Shown here piece after piece: positions 47,026 to 57,035 of a DNA stretch of 64,000 nt (its first letter is position 1; each line of letters opens with the position of its first letter). Origin of the DNA: a virus; IMG/VR virus record IMGVR_UViG_3300027963_000043, positions 32,001 to 96,000 of that record; one strand, written 5' to 3'. The notes under the pieces were generated by a model. It searched no databases and was not told where the DNA came from. It saw nothing but the letters and a program-made list of their open reading frames with translations. Made by a program: the position numbers and the translations under genes.

Positions 47026-48168
47026 TTATGCTGCAAGTGTATTAATGAATTTATTATAGAAATAGTCTACGATTGATTTATTTTCTTCGAGATAAGATCT
47101 TAGATTATCTATTCCTTGATGCTGCTTCTTAAGCTCTAGATTTACTTTTTTAAGCTCTTCAATGATTTCATCAGAAAAAGTAACCCATGCTCCTTTTGCC
47201 GTAGCAAATTCCCAAGCTAATATTTGATCAATAATTTCATACTCCCTCCAAACCGAAGAGCCATCTTTACGCCCATATTTAATTGGATATTGAATTTTAG
47301 AATTTGTAGATTCATTTGTGGATTTCTTAATAAGAATCTTAACATTATGTCCAATAATTTTATTCTTAACTGGATCATATTTGTCATTTGGTTTTTCAAG
47401 AATAAGGTCTTTATTGAACTTGGGTTCGAATTCAAGAATCCAATTGGCGAAATGCAATAATGCATTTCCACCAGTAGCGGTAGTTTGACGAATGTCCTTA
47501 TTAGCTGCATAGGGATCAAGTTTAATATCAGATCTAACTTGACTAATAAAAATGGCCATATGACCACGCTTAGAAAGAGCAAGAGAAATCTTTTTCATCA
47601 ACATAGATGAAATAACTGCTCCACCAGCAACTTTTGTTGCTTCTGTCATGCTCTTTTGAGAATCACCTTTTGTCATCAAACCGTCTACTGAATCAAGAAT
47701 AAATACGTATCTCTTATTTTCATCATTAGATTGAATGAGGTCTTTCATTAATTCCGAAACAGTTTCAAAAATATTACATTCAAATACGAAACAAGTTCCA
47801 TCAATCCATTCTTTAGGATCAGTTACAAACTTAATTCCAGAACGCTCTTTAATTTCTTTACTTAATCTTCCTTCTGCTTTAAAAAGTAATGCTCTAGAGT
47901 TTTCTACTGTTTTAAGAAAATTCTTTGTTACTTCAAGTGCTTCTGAAGTTTTTCCGCCTTCATTCATCCCAATGAATCTATGTAAACCTGGGCATAAACC
48001 ACCACCTGTAGCTATATCCAGGTTCAAGCTACCAGTTGATACCTTATAATATACTTCATCTTCAAAATTGTAATGGTCTTCCTTATTTTCCTTTAAAAAG
48101 GATAGTAGTCTATCTGATGAGCTTGGACCAGATGATTCAATAATTTCTTCTTTAGATTTTTTTGCCAT
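47026..48168 (-). CDS. recA: RecA/UvsX-like recombinase
   Basis: STGSLNLDIATGGG, GMNEGGKTS Walker A, ILDSV, FISQVR, TGGNALLHFA. Confidence 0.85.
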   Translation of the reverse strand: MAKKSKEEIIESSGPSSSDRLLSFLKENKEDHYNFEDEVYYKVSTGSLNLDIATGGGLCPGLHRFIGMNEGGKTSEALEVTKNFLKTVENSRALLFKAEGRLSKEIKERSGIKFVTDPKEWIDGTCFVFECNIFETVSELMKDLIQSNDENKRYVFILDSVDGLMTKGDSQKSMTEATKVAGGAVISSMLMKKISLALSKRGHMAIFISQVRSDIKLDPYAANKDIRQTTATGGNALLHFANWILEFEPKFNKDLILEKPNDKYDPVKNKIIGHNVKILIKKSTNESTNSKIQYPIKYGRKDGSSVWREYEIIDQILAWEFATAKGAWVTFSDEIIEELKKVNLELKKQHQGIDNLRSYLEENKSIVDYFYNKFINTLAA

Positions 48169-48174
48169 AATTTT

Positions 48175-48203
48175 ATTATACCTTTCTTTTTAAACAAATG
48201 CAA
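48175..48203 (-). promoter_or_regulatory. sigma70-like promoter
   Basis: TTGCAT-17-TATAAT, 6 nt before ATG 48168. Confidence 0.75.
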
Positions 48204-48208
48204 CTAAA

Positions 48209-48916
48209 TTATTTAAATTCTGGAGCACGACGGCCCCTTGAATTAATATTATTTGGGCCAAGCCCATATACTGAAAATTGTCTTAAACATATTTGAGCTT
48301 CTGGATCCCAATAATGTTCTTCTGTATCTCTTCTAAAGATATGCCATCCGAATTGTCTTCTAAACATAAAGTCTGATACAGCACAATCATAATTCTCTGG
48401 ATATACAAGTCCATTTTTTAACCATTTGCTTTTTGCATGGAAAATTTGTAAATATCCCCAGCCCCAGTCAAAACTTCTCATTTCTAATTTGTAATTAGAA
48501 TCTTTTTCTAGAAATACTTTTGAATAATCTTGATAAGTCTCTAAAACAAACCTTCTAGCACTTATCATCTGGTCGAAATTATCTTTTGATTTTAATTCTG
48601 TAAATATATTATGATAACTTTCTGGCAATAAAGTATCAGCATCTATAATTGTAATAATCTCTGGATCTTTAAGTAAACTCATAGCGTATGTATAAGCTGC
48701 TCCTCGATTAAATTTTGCTGGTTGATTTTGAAAAGTATAAAATTTATCAGTTTTTATTAATTTAAATTTAACATCATTACATATTTCTTCTAATTCATCG
48801 TCTTGATTTGTATCTGTGACCACATATATTTCATCAAAATAATCATAATTATGTTGTTTAAAAATTTTTAAATAATCATTATAGTTTATCGCAGAGGTAA
48901 GGGCTATATTTTTCAT
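48209..48916 (-). CDS. GT-A (GT2-like) glycosyltransferase
   Basis: FNRGAA...IIDADTLLP DxD motif, GWGYLQIF, YDCAVSD. Confidence 0.7.
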   Translation of the reverse strand: MKNIALTSAINYNDYLKIFKQHNYDYFDEIYVVTDTNQDDELEEICNDVKFKLIKTDKFYTFQNQPAKFNRGAAYTYAMSLLKDPEIITIIDADTLLPESYHNIFTELKSKDNFDQMISARRFVLETYQDYSKVFLEKDSNYKLEMRSFDWGWGYLQIFHAKSKWLKNGLVYPENYDCAVSDFMFRRQFGWHIFRRDTEEHYWDPEAQICLRQFSVYGLGPNNINSRGRRAPEFK

Positions 48917-49245
48917 TTTTGTCTTATAAATTCTATTAAACTTTTAGGCTTTTTGCAAATCTTTTTATCATCTTGAACTTTATCGTCTTCCAATTTCACT
49001 GTTTTGATATTTAAATTTAATTTAAATTTCTCGTATTCCGATAATAGAAAAGCCTTACCTTCACTTTTAAGAAACCAAGCTAAAGATGGTAGTTTAAAAT
49101 CTCTTAAATTATCCCAAAATTCAAATTCTTTAAATCTTTTAGTCAATCTTTGACCAATTTTAATCTCTCTTGGCCAGTTTATATTATCTTTTATATGTTT
49201 TTTAATTATAAACTGGCAAAGTTTATGACTATTTATAGTGGGCAT
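48913..49245 (-). CDS. Hypothetical protein
   Basis: 110-aa basic ORF overlapping the next gene's start by 4 nt. Confidence 0.6.
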   Translation of the reverse strand: MPTINSHKLCQFIIKKHIKDNINWPREIKIGQRLTKRFKEFEFWDNLRDFKLPSLAWFLKSEGKAFLLSEYEKFKLNLNIKTVKLEDDKVQDDKKICKKPKSLIEFIRQK

Positions 49246-49273
49246 TGTGTCTTTATAATATAAATTTATAATA

Positions 49274-50251
49274 TTAACAAGTTTTATTTTTATAATAATC
49301 TATTGTCTTTAGCATACCATCTTGAAATGATGTTTTTGGAAACCAATTTAATTCTTTATTAATTTTAGTGTTATCTATGGCATATCTAAAATCATGACCT
49401 TTACGATCCTCTACGAAAGATATATAATCTTTAGGATTAACATTTAATACTCTACAAATATCATTAATAATGTCTAAATTTGTTTTTTCGCAATTTCCGC
49501 CAATATTATAAGTTTGCCCAATTCTACCATTGTTTACTACAAACCATACTGCTTCGCAATGATCCTCAACAAAAATCCAGTCTCTTATATTTTTTCCGTT
49601 GCCATAAACAGGTATTTTTTTATTGTTTAATATAGAATTAATCACTACTGGTATAAATTTTTCATTATGTTGATTTGGTCCATAGTTATTAGAGCAATTA
49701 GAAATTGTTATTAAACTTTTAAAAGTATGATGATATGCCCTAACTAGCATATCACTGGCTGCTTTGGATGCTGAATAAGGAGAATTTGGAGCATACAATG
49801 TTGTTTCTGTAAACTTTCCTTCTTCACCTAGACTACCATAAACTTCATCGGTAGAAATATGGTGAAACCTAACTTCTGGAAAATCTCTGATAATTTCTAA
49901 AAGATTAAATGTACCTAATATATTAGATTGAATAAATCTTTTGGGATCAGATATTGAGTTATCAACATGAGACTCTGCAGCGAAATGAACTATATGCGTT
50001 ATATTATATTTTTTAAGTATTCTTTTAAATTCTTCTTTAGCTGGAGAGTAGTCTAGTATGTCTAACCAGAAATCATAAAATTTATATTTAGGATTATTTT
50101 CAGTAGATTCTACATTTCTCTTATTTGATGCAGAATTTTTTCTTGTGGTAGTGTCTATATTTATTACGATATCTACTTGACTTTTATCGATTATATACTT
50201 AATAAAATTAGAACCAATAAATCCGAGTCCACCAGTTACCAGAATATTCAT
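49274..50251 (-). CDS. rmlB: NDP-glucose 4,6-dehydratase
   Basis: TGGLGFIGS, HFAAESHVD, HISTDEVYG, SPYSASK, CSNNYGP, RDWIFVEDH. Confidence 0.92.
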   Translation of the reverse strand: MNILVTGGLGFIGSNFIKYIIDKSQVDIVINIDTTTRKNSASNKRNVESTENNPKYKFYDFWLDILDYSPAKEEFKRILKKYNITHIVHFAAESHVDNSISDPKRFIQSNILGTFNLLEIIRDFPEVRFHHISTDEVYGSLGEEGKFTETTLYAPNSPYSASKAASDMLVRAYHHTFKSLITISNCSNNYGPNQHNEKFIPVVINSILNNKKIPVYGNGKNIRDWIFVEDHCEAVWFVVNNGRIGQTYNIGGNCEKTNLDIINDICRVLNVNPKDYISFVEDRKGHDFRYAIDNTKINKELNWFPKTSFQDGMLKTIDYYKNKTC

Positions 50252-51390
50252 GAATAATTTTCAATATCTGATTTTACCATTTTTTCTATTAAATTATCAA
50301 ATGAAATTTTTGGTTTCCAATTTAATTCTTTTCTAGCTTTATCTGAATTTCCAAGAAGAAGTTCTACTTCTGCTGGTCTATAAAATTTTGGATTAATTTG
50401 AATTAATGTTTTTTTATCTTTATTTATAAACATAATATGTTCGCCTTGCCCAATCCATTCTCCATCTATACCAGCGCATTTAAATGCTTTTTCTGCAAAC
50501 TCTTTAATTGTATGGGTTTCATTTGAAGAGAATATATATTCCTTTGGTTCTCCAGAATAGTTTAGATTATATTTATCTTGATTCAACATCATCCAAACTC
50601 CTTCTACAAAATCTTCAGCATCGCTCCAATCTCGTTTGGCTTCAATATTTCCTAATTCAAGTGGTTCAAACTCTTCTTTATTTTTAATTGCTCTATAAAT
50701 TCGAGCTACATTTTTTGTAATTTTTCTAGTAACAAACTCTTCACCTCGTCTTGTGCCTTCGTGATTAAATAACCATCCTTGGATTGCGTATATTCCATAA
50801 GATTCTCTATAAACTTTTACTAATTGTCTAGACGCAGCTTTACTTGCTCCATATGGGCTTCTTGGTTTTAAAGGATGATTTTCATCTTGTGGTGAATATT
50901 GTACATTTCCAAATTCTTCACTAGAACCAGCTTGATATAGTCTGCAGGATGCTTTATATAATCTAATTGCTTCAAGAATATCTAATACTGCAGTTGAATT
51001 TGTATGCCAAGTTTGTCTTGAAAAGTCCCAACTACTTGCCACAAAACTTTGTGCTGCAAAATTAATGAAATAATCTGGTTGTAATTTTTCTACTGTTCTT
51101 GATATAGCATGAGAGTCAGTTAGATCAAAATTAATTAAATGAAATCTATCCGATTTAATGTGTCTAATATTCTCATGATTATAAACGCTAAGTCTTCTTA
51201 CTCCTCCAAAAATAATATAATCTGTATTTTTCAATAAAAAATCTACCATATGGCTTCCATCTTGGCCAGTAACTCCAGTAACAACTATGGTTTTTTTGCC
51301 ATTGATCAATTTGCTTGCATCTTCAATATTTAAGATATTTGAGGTGTCTATTTTTTTCCCGTAATAAGTTTCCTTGAGATTTAAATTCAT
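50248..51390 (-). CDS. gmd: GDP-mannose 4,6-dehydratase
   Basis: TGVTGQDGS, AAQSFV, YQAGSSE, SPYGASK, FNHE...EFVTRKI, RPAEV. Confidence 0.95.
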   Translation of the reverse strand: MNLNLKETYYGKKIDTSNILNIEDASKLINGKKTIVVTGVTGQDGSHMVDFLLKNTDYIIFGGVRRLSVYNHENIRHIKSDRFHLINFDLTDSHAISRTVEKLQPDYFINFAAQSFVASSWDFSRQTWHTNSTAVLDILEAIRLYKASCRLYQAGSSEEFGNVQYSPQDENHPLKPRSPYGASKAASRQLVKVYRESYGIYAIQGWLFNHEGTRRGEEFVTRKITKNVARIYRAIKNKEEFEPLELGNIEAKRDWSDAEDFVEGVWMMLNQDKYNLNYSGEPKEYIFSSNETHTIKEFAEKAFKCAGIDGEWIGQGEHIMFINKDKKTLIQINPKFYRPAEVELLLGNSDKARKELNWKPKISFDNLIEKMVKSDIENYS

Positions 51391-51396
51391 ATAAAT

Positions 51397-51425
51397 ATGA
51401 TATAATGAATTTGGACAAAAATCAA
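51397..51425 (-). promoter_or_regulatory. sigma70-like promoter
   Basis: TTGATT-17-TATCAT, 6 nt before ATG 51390. Confidence 0.7.
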
Positions 51426-51434
51426 TATTATAAA

Positions 51435-52154
51435 TTATATTATGATATAATTTGGATTATCTCTGATAACTAAATCAATATCATTATCAATCTTATCTTT
51501 CATGTATATTTTTGATGCGTTACTTAAGAAACCCATCCACCAACTATATGTGCCAAAACTTAATATTAATTTTTTAAAACATACGAATTTTTTTAAAGTA
51601 TCTATCGTAGAACCATTATAAATTTCTACATTTTTAAATTCATTTTGTATTTTTTTAATTGTTGCATGAGTTGGTTCGTCTGATGTAATAATAATTTTTT
51701 CGGGGTTTTCCATTTTAAGGGTATCAATAAAATATTCATCTGGAAGATCCCATTTTTGATTTTCTCGTGAAATATCATCTTTTCTAATATGCATTCCAAT
51801 TGTATTATTTGAAATATTTTCTTTATTTGGGTCTATCTCTTTAAACCATTCTTTTATATTTGTTTTATAATTTTTATAATAATTATACTTTTGAAAATAG
51901 CCTTCTGTAATTATCATTCTGTTATTTTTATTTTTTAATACATTTTCTAACAAATCGTCTTTATATTCATAGCCATATACTATTTCTTGATCATTTGTGT
52001 AAATATTTCCGTTGACTTGTTCTAAGCGTAAATCTTGCAGTAGTGGTAAATTATTAACTAATTTGTAATTAAATTCTTGGGCTATTATTCTCGCAAAACA
52101 ATAAGCAAACATTTGATTGCCTAGTCTACCTGGAGATGGATTTGCGACAACCAT
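51435..52154 (-). CDS. GT11 alpha-1,2-fucosyltransferase-like
   Basis: GRLGNQMF, EGYFQ, MHIRKDD, GTYSWW. Confidence 0.8.
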   Translation of the reverse strand: MVVANPSPGRLGNQMFAYCFARIIAQEFNYKLVNNLPLLQDLRLEQVNGNIYTNDQEIVYGYEYKDDLLENVLKNKNNRMIITEGYFQKYNYYKNYKTNIKEWFKEIDPNKENISNNTIGMHIRKDDISRENQKWDLPDEYFIDTLKMENPEKIIITSDEPTHATIKKIQNEFKNVEIYNGSTIDTLKKFVCFKKLILSFGTYSWWMGFLSNASKIYMKDKIDNDIDLVIRDNPNYIII

Positions 52155-52155
52155 A

Positions 52156-52932
52156 CTATACTAGCATTTTATTGTAATAATCTTTGTATTGTGCGTTTAT
52201 TTTAGAATTAAATGTGGCATTCCACCAAGGCGGGTCCCAACGACAAAAATGAGAGATAATATTATTATCATTATAATCTGTCCAAAATGACCAATAATTA
52301 TTTGGTATTTGTTGGGCAATTTGAGAATAAATTAAATTTATAATTGGTTGATCTGTTCCATTCTCTACGTGTTTATTTATTTTTTTATATTTTTCGTCTA
52401 AATGATATAGTCTTTGGATTGTGTCTTCTTTTATTATCGACGAGTTATAAAGTAATATTCCTGCATTAAAACCATTTTTATTTATATCCGTTTCTTGAGC
52501 TAGAAGATCATAATCATTTTGATTAGATTCGTTAATTGGACTCCATGTGGTAAAAAATTTTTTAATCGAATTTTTTTCAAAGTCTACAAATAAATTATTA
52601 TTCTCATTTAACAAATCAAATAAACTATCTAATTTATCAAAAATCATTGTATCGCAATCTAAATATAAAATTTTATCCCAATTTTTAAAATATGTTTCAA
52701 AAACGTGATATTTTAAATGATAGGCTCTATCGTAACTTTGTCCACTTGGAGATGAAATTGGAAGGAAAAATATATTATATTTTTCGAGAGCGGGCTTTAT
52801 TTTATCTTCTTTGTTTTTATCATAAATAATACAAATATCAATTTCTCCATGCTTATCTCTGATATTATTGATGTTGTATTTAATATGATTTAAATAATTT
52901 TCGTCTGTGCCAAGAATAATTAATTTTTTCAC
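52156..52932 (-). CDS. GT8 glycosyltransferase
   Basis: KILYLDCD, FNAGILL, DQPIIN, ISHF. Probable GTG start at 52932. Confidence 0.85.
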   Translation of the reverse strand: MKKLIILGTDENYLNHIKYNINNIRDKHGEIDICIIYDKNKEDKIKPALEKYNIFFLPISSPSGQSYDRAYHLKYHVFETYFKNWDKILYLDCDTMIFDKLDSLFDLLNENNNLFVDFEKNSIKKFFTTWSPINESNQNDYDLLAQETDINKNGFNAGILLYNSSIIKEDTIQRLYHLDEKYKKINKHVENGTDQPIINLIYSQIAQQIPNNYWSFWTDYNDNNIISHFCRWDPPWWNATFNSKINAQYKDYYNKMLV

Positions 52933-53021
52933 TTTACAATCCACCATATATGCTCATCTCTATTTAATTGATAATTATTAGCGGAATTCATTAAATGCTG
53001 TACTGATTCTTTTGTATACAT
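52929..53021 (-). CDS. 30-aa small ORF not in the ORF track
   Basis: MYTKESVQHLMNSANNYQLNRDEHIWWIVK fills the gap exactly; its TGA overlaps the GT8 GTG (GTGA). Confidence 0.5.
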   Translation of the reverse strand: MYTKESVQHLMNSANNYQLNRDEHIWWIVK

Positions 53022-53026
53022 AGAAT

Positions 53027-53875
53027 TTATTTTTTATTTATTACTTTTATAACTTTATCTGCACATCCTGTATATGTATAATATTCATTATATATATTTT
53101 TTCCAATATATATTTTTTTCTCTATTTCTTCTTTAGTTATGGATTTAAGTATGTTATCTATATCATCTATATCTTTCGTATCAATAATAACTCCATAATC
53201 ATTAAAATTTATCATATCATTAAATGGAATCCATGGTTTATCGGAAATATATACTGGAATAGAACCATGTTGAAGCGCTTCGCATATTCTAAAAGACGTT
53301 GCTCCATATCCTCTTGGACATAGGGAAAAAATACTTCTAGACATTACATTAGAAAATGCTTCGTAACTTATAGAATTTTCAAATAAATATCCATGCTTAT
53401 TCTTAAGATCGTTATGTAGTTTCTCTCTAATTAAATTATTTCTACCATATATAACGCCTATAAAACTAGCAAAAATATCTTTATTTTGTAATTTTATATT
53501 TGGATTTGGTTGGCAAATTAGTGGAATTGAGTAATTTCCAATACATCCATTTCTTCCTCCTCCACCACCTTGTCCAAAAACATATATATTTTTATATTCA
53601 AATGGATTTATAATACCATCGTCCCATTGAATAATTGTAAAATACTCTTTATTTTTATCTAAAGTATCTAGGAATTTATTAATTTCTGATATATCTTGTT
53701 GGGCATAATCTTTTGAGATATAATAGTTTGTCCAAAAAATTGGTAAATATGTTTTATTTGTTAAACATTTATTTTCTATTAACCAGTTGTAAAAATATTC
53801 TTCAAATATAATTTTATTATTCGGAGGGTATTCATGGTTAGTTTTAACCATAAAAGGTGTTTCTAAAATATTCAT
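53027..53875 (-). CDS. GT47 exostosin-like glycosyltransferase
   Basis: FSLCPRGYG...RICEALQHGSIPVYISD...PF. Start at ATG 53875 (ATGA overlap). Confidence 0.85.
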   Translation of the reverse strand: MNILETPFMVKTNHEYPPNNKIIFEEYFYNWLIENKCLTNKTYLPIFWTNYYISKDYAQQDISEINKFLDTLDKNKEYFTIIQWDDGIINPFEYKNIYVFGQGGGGGRNGCIGNYSIPLICQPNPNIKLQNKDIFASFIGVIYGRNNLIREKLHNDLKNKHGYLFENSISYEAFSNVMSRSIFSLCPRGYGATSFRICEALQHGSIPVYISDKPWIPFNDMINFNDYGVIIDTKDIDDIDNILKSITKEEIEKKIYIGKNIYNEYYTYTGCADKVIKVINKK

Positions 53876-54525
53876 TGCCATGTGCAAGTGTGGAAATGTA
53901 TACAAATTGTTTCTTCTGTAGCGAAAGATTTAATATAATTAATTGATTGCTCGTCAAGATTTCTTACTGAATCTCTTTGACCTCCTGGGAATGGGAAGAA
54001 ATAATTTTTACTTAGGTGTTTAATATTTAATAAAGAATTATTATCATTATAAATCTTATGAATATAATATGGTCCAGTTTTGCTCATCACCATTCCAACC
54101 TCATCTCCATTATCATTTTTTACTACAGGCAGAGTATTAGACAAACCATCAAGAAAATCTTTGCAAATTTTATGGCTCGCTATAGAACCCACGATGCTAT
54201 TCCATGTCTCGTTTTCATTTCCACTACCAATAAAAAAATCATAATTTAACAGTTCGTCAAATTTTTTAATTTGAATAAAATCATAATCCATATAAATCCC
54301 GCCATATTTATTAAGTAATTCAAATCTTAGAATATCAGATTTTGATCCTAGATTTTCAGTTTTATCAAAAAAATCTTTTTGAACTAATTCAAAATCAATG
54401 TTATTATCATTCCATTCTTTAACTTGATAATCACTATTTATTCGTTTGATTTCATTTAATGTAATATCAAATTTCTCTGGTCTTTTATTTCCAAGCCATA
54501 TTAAATGTATAATTTTAGGTATCAT
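53872..54525 (-). CDS. GT32 (DXD, Och1/capsular-synthesis-like) glycosyltransferase
   Basis: MIPKIIHLIW, KSDILRFELLNKYGGIYMDYD, TGP. Confidence 0.88.
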   Translation of the reverse strand: MIPKIIHLIWLGNKRPEKFDITLNEIKRINSDYQVKEWNDNNIDFELVQKDFFDKTENLGSKSDILRFELLNKYGGIYMDYDFIQIKKFDELLNYDFFIGSGNENETWNSIVGSIASHKICKDFLDGLSNTLPVVKNDNGDEVGMVMSKTGPYYIHKIYNDNNSLLNIKHLSKNYFFPFPGGQRDSVRNLDEQSINYIKSFATEETICIHFHTCTWQ

Positions 54526-55384
54526 TTTTAAATCTACCAATTTCGTTTTCAATGCTAGAATAAATATTTGGTAATTCTAGATTTAATTTTTTAATTTTTT
54601 CTGTAGACAGAACGCAATTACTTCTTCCTACTTTAAAGTTAATTTCATCTTGATTTAGGAATTTCCAGTTTTTATTTTCTAAATTATGTTTTTTAAGAAT
54701 TTCTACGACTTCTTTCGCTGTAATAAATCCTTGATTTGTTACATTATAAATTCCATATTCTGGTTTATTTTTTAAATTAATAAATTTATATATAAATTCG
54801 TTAAGATCATTTATATTTGTTAAGCTATTCTTGTAGCTGATAAGGTTGTCGTATTTTAATATTTTGTCTATATAGTTGCGTTCAGAAGATTTATGTGAAA
54901 ATGGCATTCTTATCCTAAAAATATACGAATTACTATTTTTTAATGATAACTCGCATGCATGTTTGGTTTTGCTATAGAAACTACTTTCTTTATTATAAAT
55001 TCCAAAATTTGGTTCATCTTCTTCTGTATAGTCTTTTTCATATCCAGTATAAACGCATCCACTACTAATATGAATAATTGGTATATTCCAATAAGAAGCT
55101 ATTTCGGTTAAAATAATAGGTAATTTTACATTATATTTCCAGCAAGTTTCTTTATCGTTTTCGCATCCCTCTACATTTGGTCTTCCAGTATATCCAGCGC
55201 AATTTATAATATAATCTATTCGAATGGATTGATTTTTTTGAAGATATTTATTTAAAGTATTAAAATCTAAATAATTTAAATCTTTTTTAGAGTAAATATT
55301 TGATTTTATATCTGATTTAGATATAAAATGTTCATTAAGATTTTTACCTATGTAACCTTTACCCAGTAATAAAATATTTTTCAT
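54515..55384 (-). CDS. NDP-4-keto-6-deoxyglucose 3,5-epimerase/4-reductase (NRS/ER-type, RmlD-like SDR)
   Basis: NCAGYTGRPNVEGCE, HISSGCVY, EEDEPNF, SFYSKTK, RIRMP. Confidence 0.78.
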   Translation of the reverse strand: MKNILLLGKGYIGKNLNEHFISKSDIKSNIYSKKDLNYLDFNTLNKYLQKNQSIRIDYIINCAGYTGRPNVEGCENDKETCWKYNVKLPIILTEIASYWNIPIIHISSGCVYTGYEKDYTEEDEPNFGIYNKESSFYSKTKHACELSLKNSNSYIFRIRMPFSHKSSERNYIDKILKYDNLISYKNSLTNINDLNEFIYKFINLKNKPEYGIYNVTNQGFITAKEVVEILKKHNLENKNWKFLNQDEINFKVGRSNCVLSTEKIKKLNLELPNIYSSIENEIGRFKNDT

Positions 55385-56222
55385 ATATATAATCTTCTAT
55401 TGATTTAAACTCTAGGCATCTTTCAAAATTATATTTTATTGCTTCCATTTTAGAGAAATACTGATCTTCTGATAAGTTATTAATGATATTGTTGAATTCT
55501 TCAAAAGAAGAAAATTGTAATATTCCATTTTTATCAAAAATTGATCCTATATTTTTTGCTCCAAGATATATTGGAATTGTGCCTGTAGCAAAACAATTTA
55601 ATATCTTTTCTGTAAAGTATAAATCATCTATATAATTTTCTATTACAATAGAAAACATGTAATCTTTTAATGTTCTGAAAATTGGTAGCCAATTTCCATC
55701 CCCAGGTCCACCTCCACCAAGAAATTTATCTATCTTTGAATTATTTTGAATAGACTCCATTATTTGTAATCTAATAAGATGTAACTGGCACATTTTTTTA
55801 TTTGAAGAAACCATAGAGCATAATTTATTTTTATTATGAATGGCAATTTTACCCTCTCCATGAGGTGTATCTTCTCTACCTTCTATCCATATCCCTCCTC
55901 CAGGTATCCATTTGCAGTTTTCATATTTTTTAATAAAATCAGAGTTGTGAGTAAAAACTTTGTCAAAATATGGCACCGCTGGTTCAACTAATTGATAGCC
56001 TAAAGCCTCAATGCTCCTAGATTCTATTATAAATCCATATGAGTTATTTTTTGAGGTTAATCCATTTTGTATATCTAACATTTTAATATGAGAATAGAAT
56101 GTAGGATTATTCAAATCTTTTAATTCTCTATCCCAAATAATATGTTCTGAATTTCTTCCTGCTACAGAATATTTTTCATGGGCAAAATTACCATCTATTA
56201 AGTTAAAAACTTTTTTGTTCAT
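55359..56222 (-). CDS. GT10 alpha-1,3-fucosyltransferase-like
   Basis: YMFSIVIEN...YFTEKILNCFATGTIPIYLG. Confidence 0.82.
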   Translation of the reverse strand: MNKKVFNLIDGNFAHEKYSVAGRNSEHIIWDRELKDLNNPTFYSHIKMLDIQNGLTSKNNSYGFIIESRSIEALGYQLVEPAVPYFDKVFTHNSDFIKKYENCKWIPGGGIWIEGREDTPHGEGKIAIHNKNKLCSMVSSNKKMCQLHLIRLQIMESIQNNSKIDKFLGGGGPGDGNWLPIFRTLKDYMFSIVIENYIDDLYFTEKILNCFATGTIPIYLGAKNIGSIFDKNGILQFSSFEEFNNIINNLSEDQYFSKMEAIKYNFERCLEFKSIEDYIYEKYFITG

Positions 56223-56996
56223 TTACCAATAAAGTATCAAATTATCTTTATGAGTTAAGGGAAATTCTTGCGCTCTTTTTACATTGAGATTAATTAATTT
56301 TTGCTCTAGCTCTGCTAGCGAATATGAATCAATTCGCCAATCTTTACTTATGAAATTACAGGTTATATATCCATGAGTAGATTTTAGTACCATATTGTTT
56401 AAATAAAACTCTTGAATCGTTCTAGATATTTCAGTGAAAGCGTAATTACTTATAATTAGATCAAATTTTTTATCCAATCTAACAATCTCACTTGGTCTAA
56501 CTACTTTTACATTTTTTACATTTAATTTATTCAAATATTTTTCGGCAAGATTCAGCGATTCATCTAAGTCTACTAAATAGTAGTTTTGAATATTAAAAAA
56601 ATCTGAAATAATTTTACATTGACCACCGTAACCAACGCCAATTTCTATAATATTAAAATCTTCTAAAGAACCACATAATTGCTTTAAATCAGATAATACT
56701 TTTATATATCTTAGTGTTGTTGGAGAAATTTGACCTATTCCATCATAATTAAATACAGCTGGAGAACCATATAGATCATTCTCTTTGAATTTATCTAATT
56801 TTTGAATATATTCTGGAAAATTTATATCCAAATATTCTTTGTACATTTTTCCTTGGTCTTCAGAAACATGCTCCAAAACTTCGGTGTAGTCTGGATTTTT
56901 TCTAAAAAAACTGAAGTAAAGATCATTAATTGCCGCCATTTGGCATGCATTTTTATATTTATGCGTATCGCTTATGCTGCTTTGTAATTGGTACAT
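56223..56996 (-). CDS. Putative sugar O-methyltransferase
   Basis: SPTTLRY, IIEIGVGYGG, LVDL, FDLIISNYAFTE. Confidence 0.75.
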   Translation of the reverse strand: MYQLQSSISDTHKYKNACQMAAINDLYFSFFRKNPDYTEVLEHVSEDQGKMYKEYLDINFPEYIQKLDKFKENDLYGSPAVFNYDGIGQISPTTLRYIKVLSDLKQLCGSLEDFNIIEIGVGYGGQCKIISDFFNIQNYYLVDLDESLNLAEKYLNKLNVKNVKVVRPSEIVRLDKKFDLIISNYAFTEISRTIQEFYLNNMVLKSTHGYITCNFISKDWRIDSYSLAELEQKLINLNVKRAQEFPLTHKDNLILYW

Positions 56997-57000
56997 ATAT

Positions 57001-57030
57001 ACTTTATATTGATTTTTTTATATTTATCAA
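57001..57030 (-). promoter_or_regulatory. Weak sigma70-like promoter
   Basis: TTGATA with TAAAGT (18-nt spacer) or TATAAA (16-nt spacer), 4-6 nt before ATG 56996. Confidence 0.35.
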
Positions 57031-57035
57031 GTATT

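Noticed and set aside
37511-48168. Inteins, introns or homing endonucleases in dnaE, dnaB, thyX or recA
   Set aside because: Proteins are of normal or reduced length with contiguous motifs; no Hint or LAGLIDADG/HNH/GIY-YIG signatures seen.
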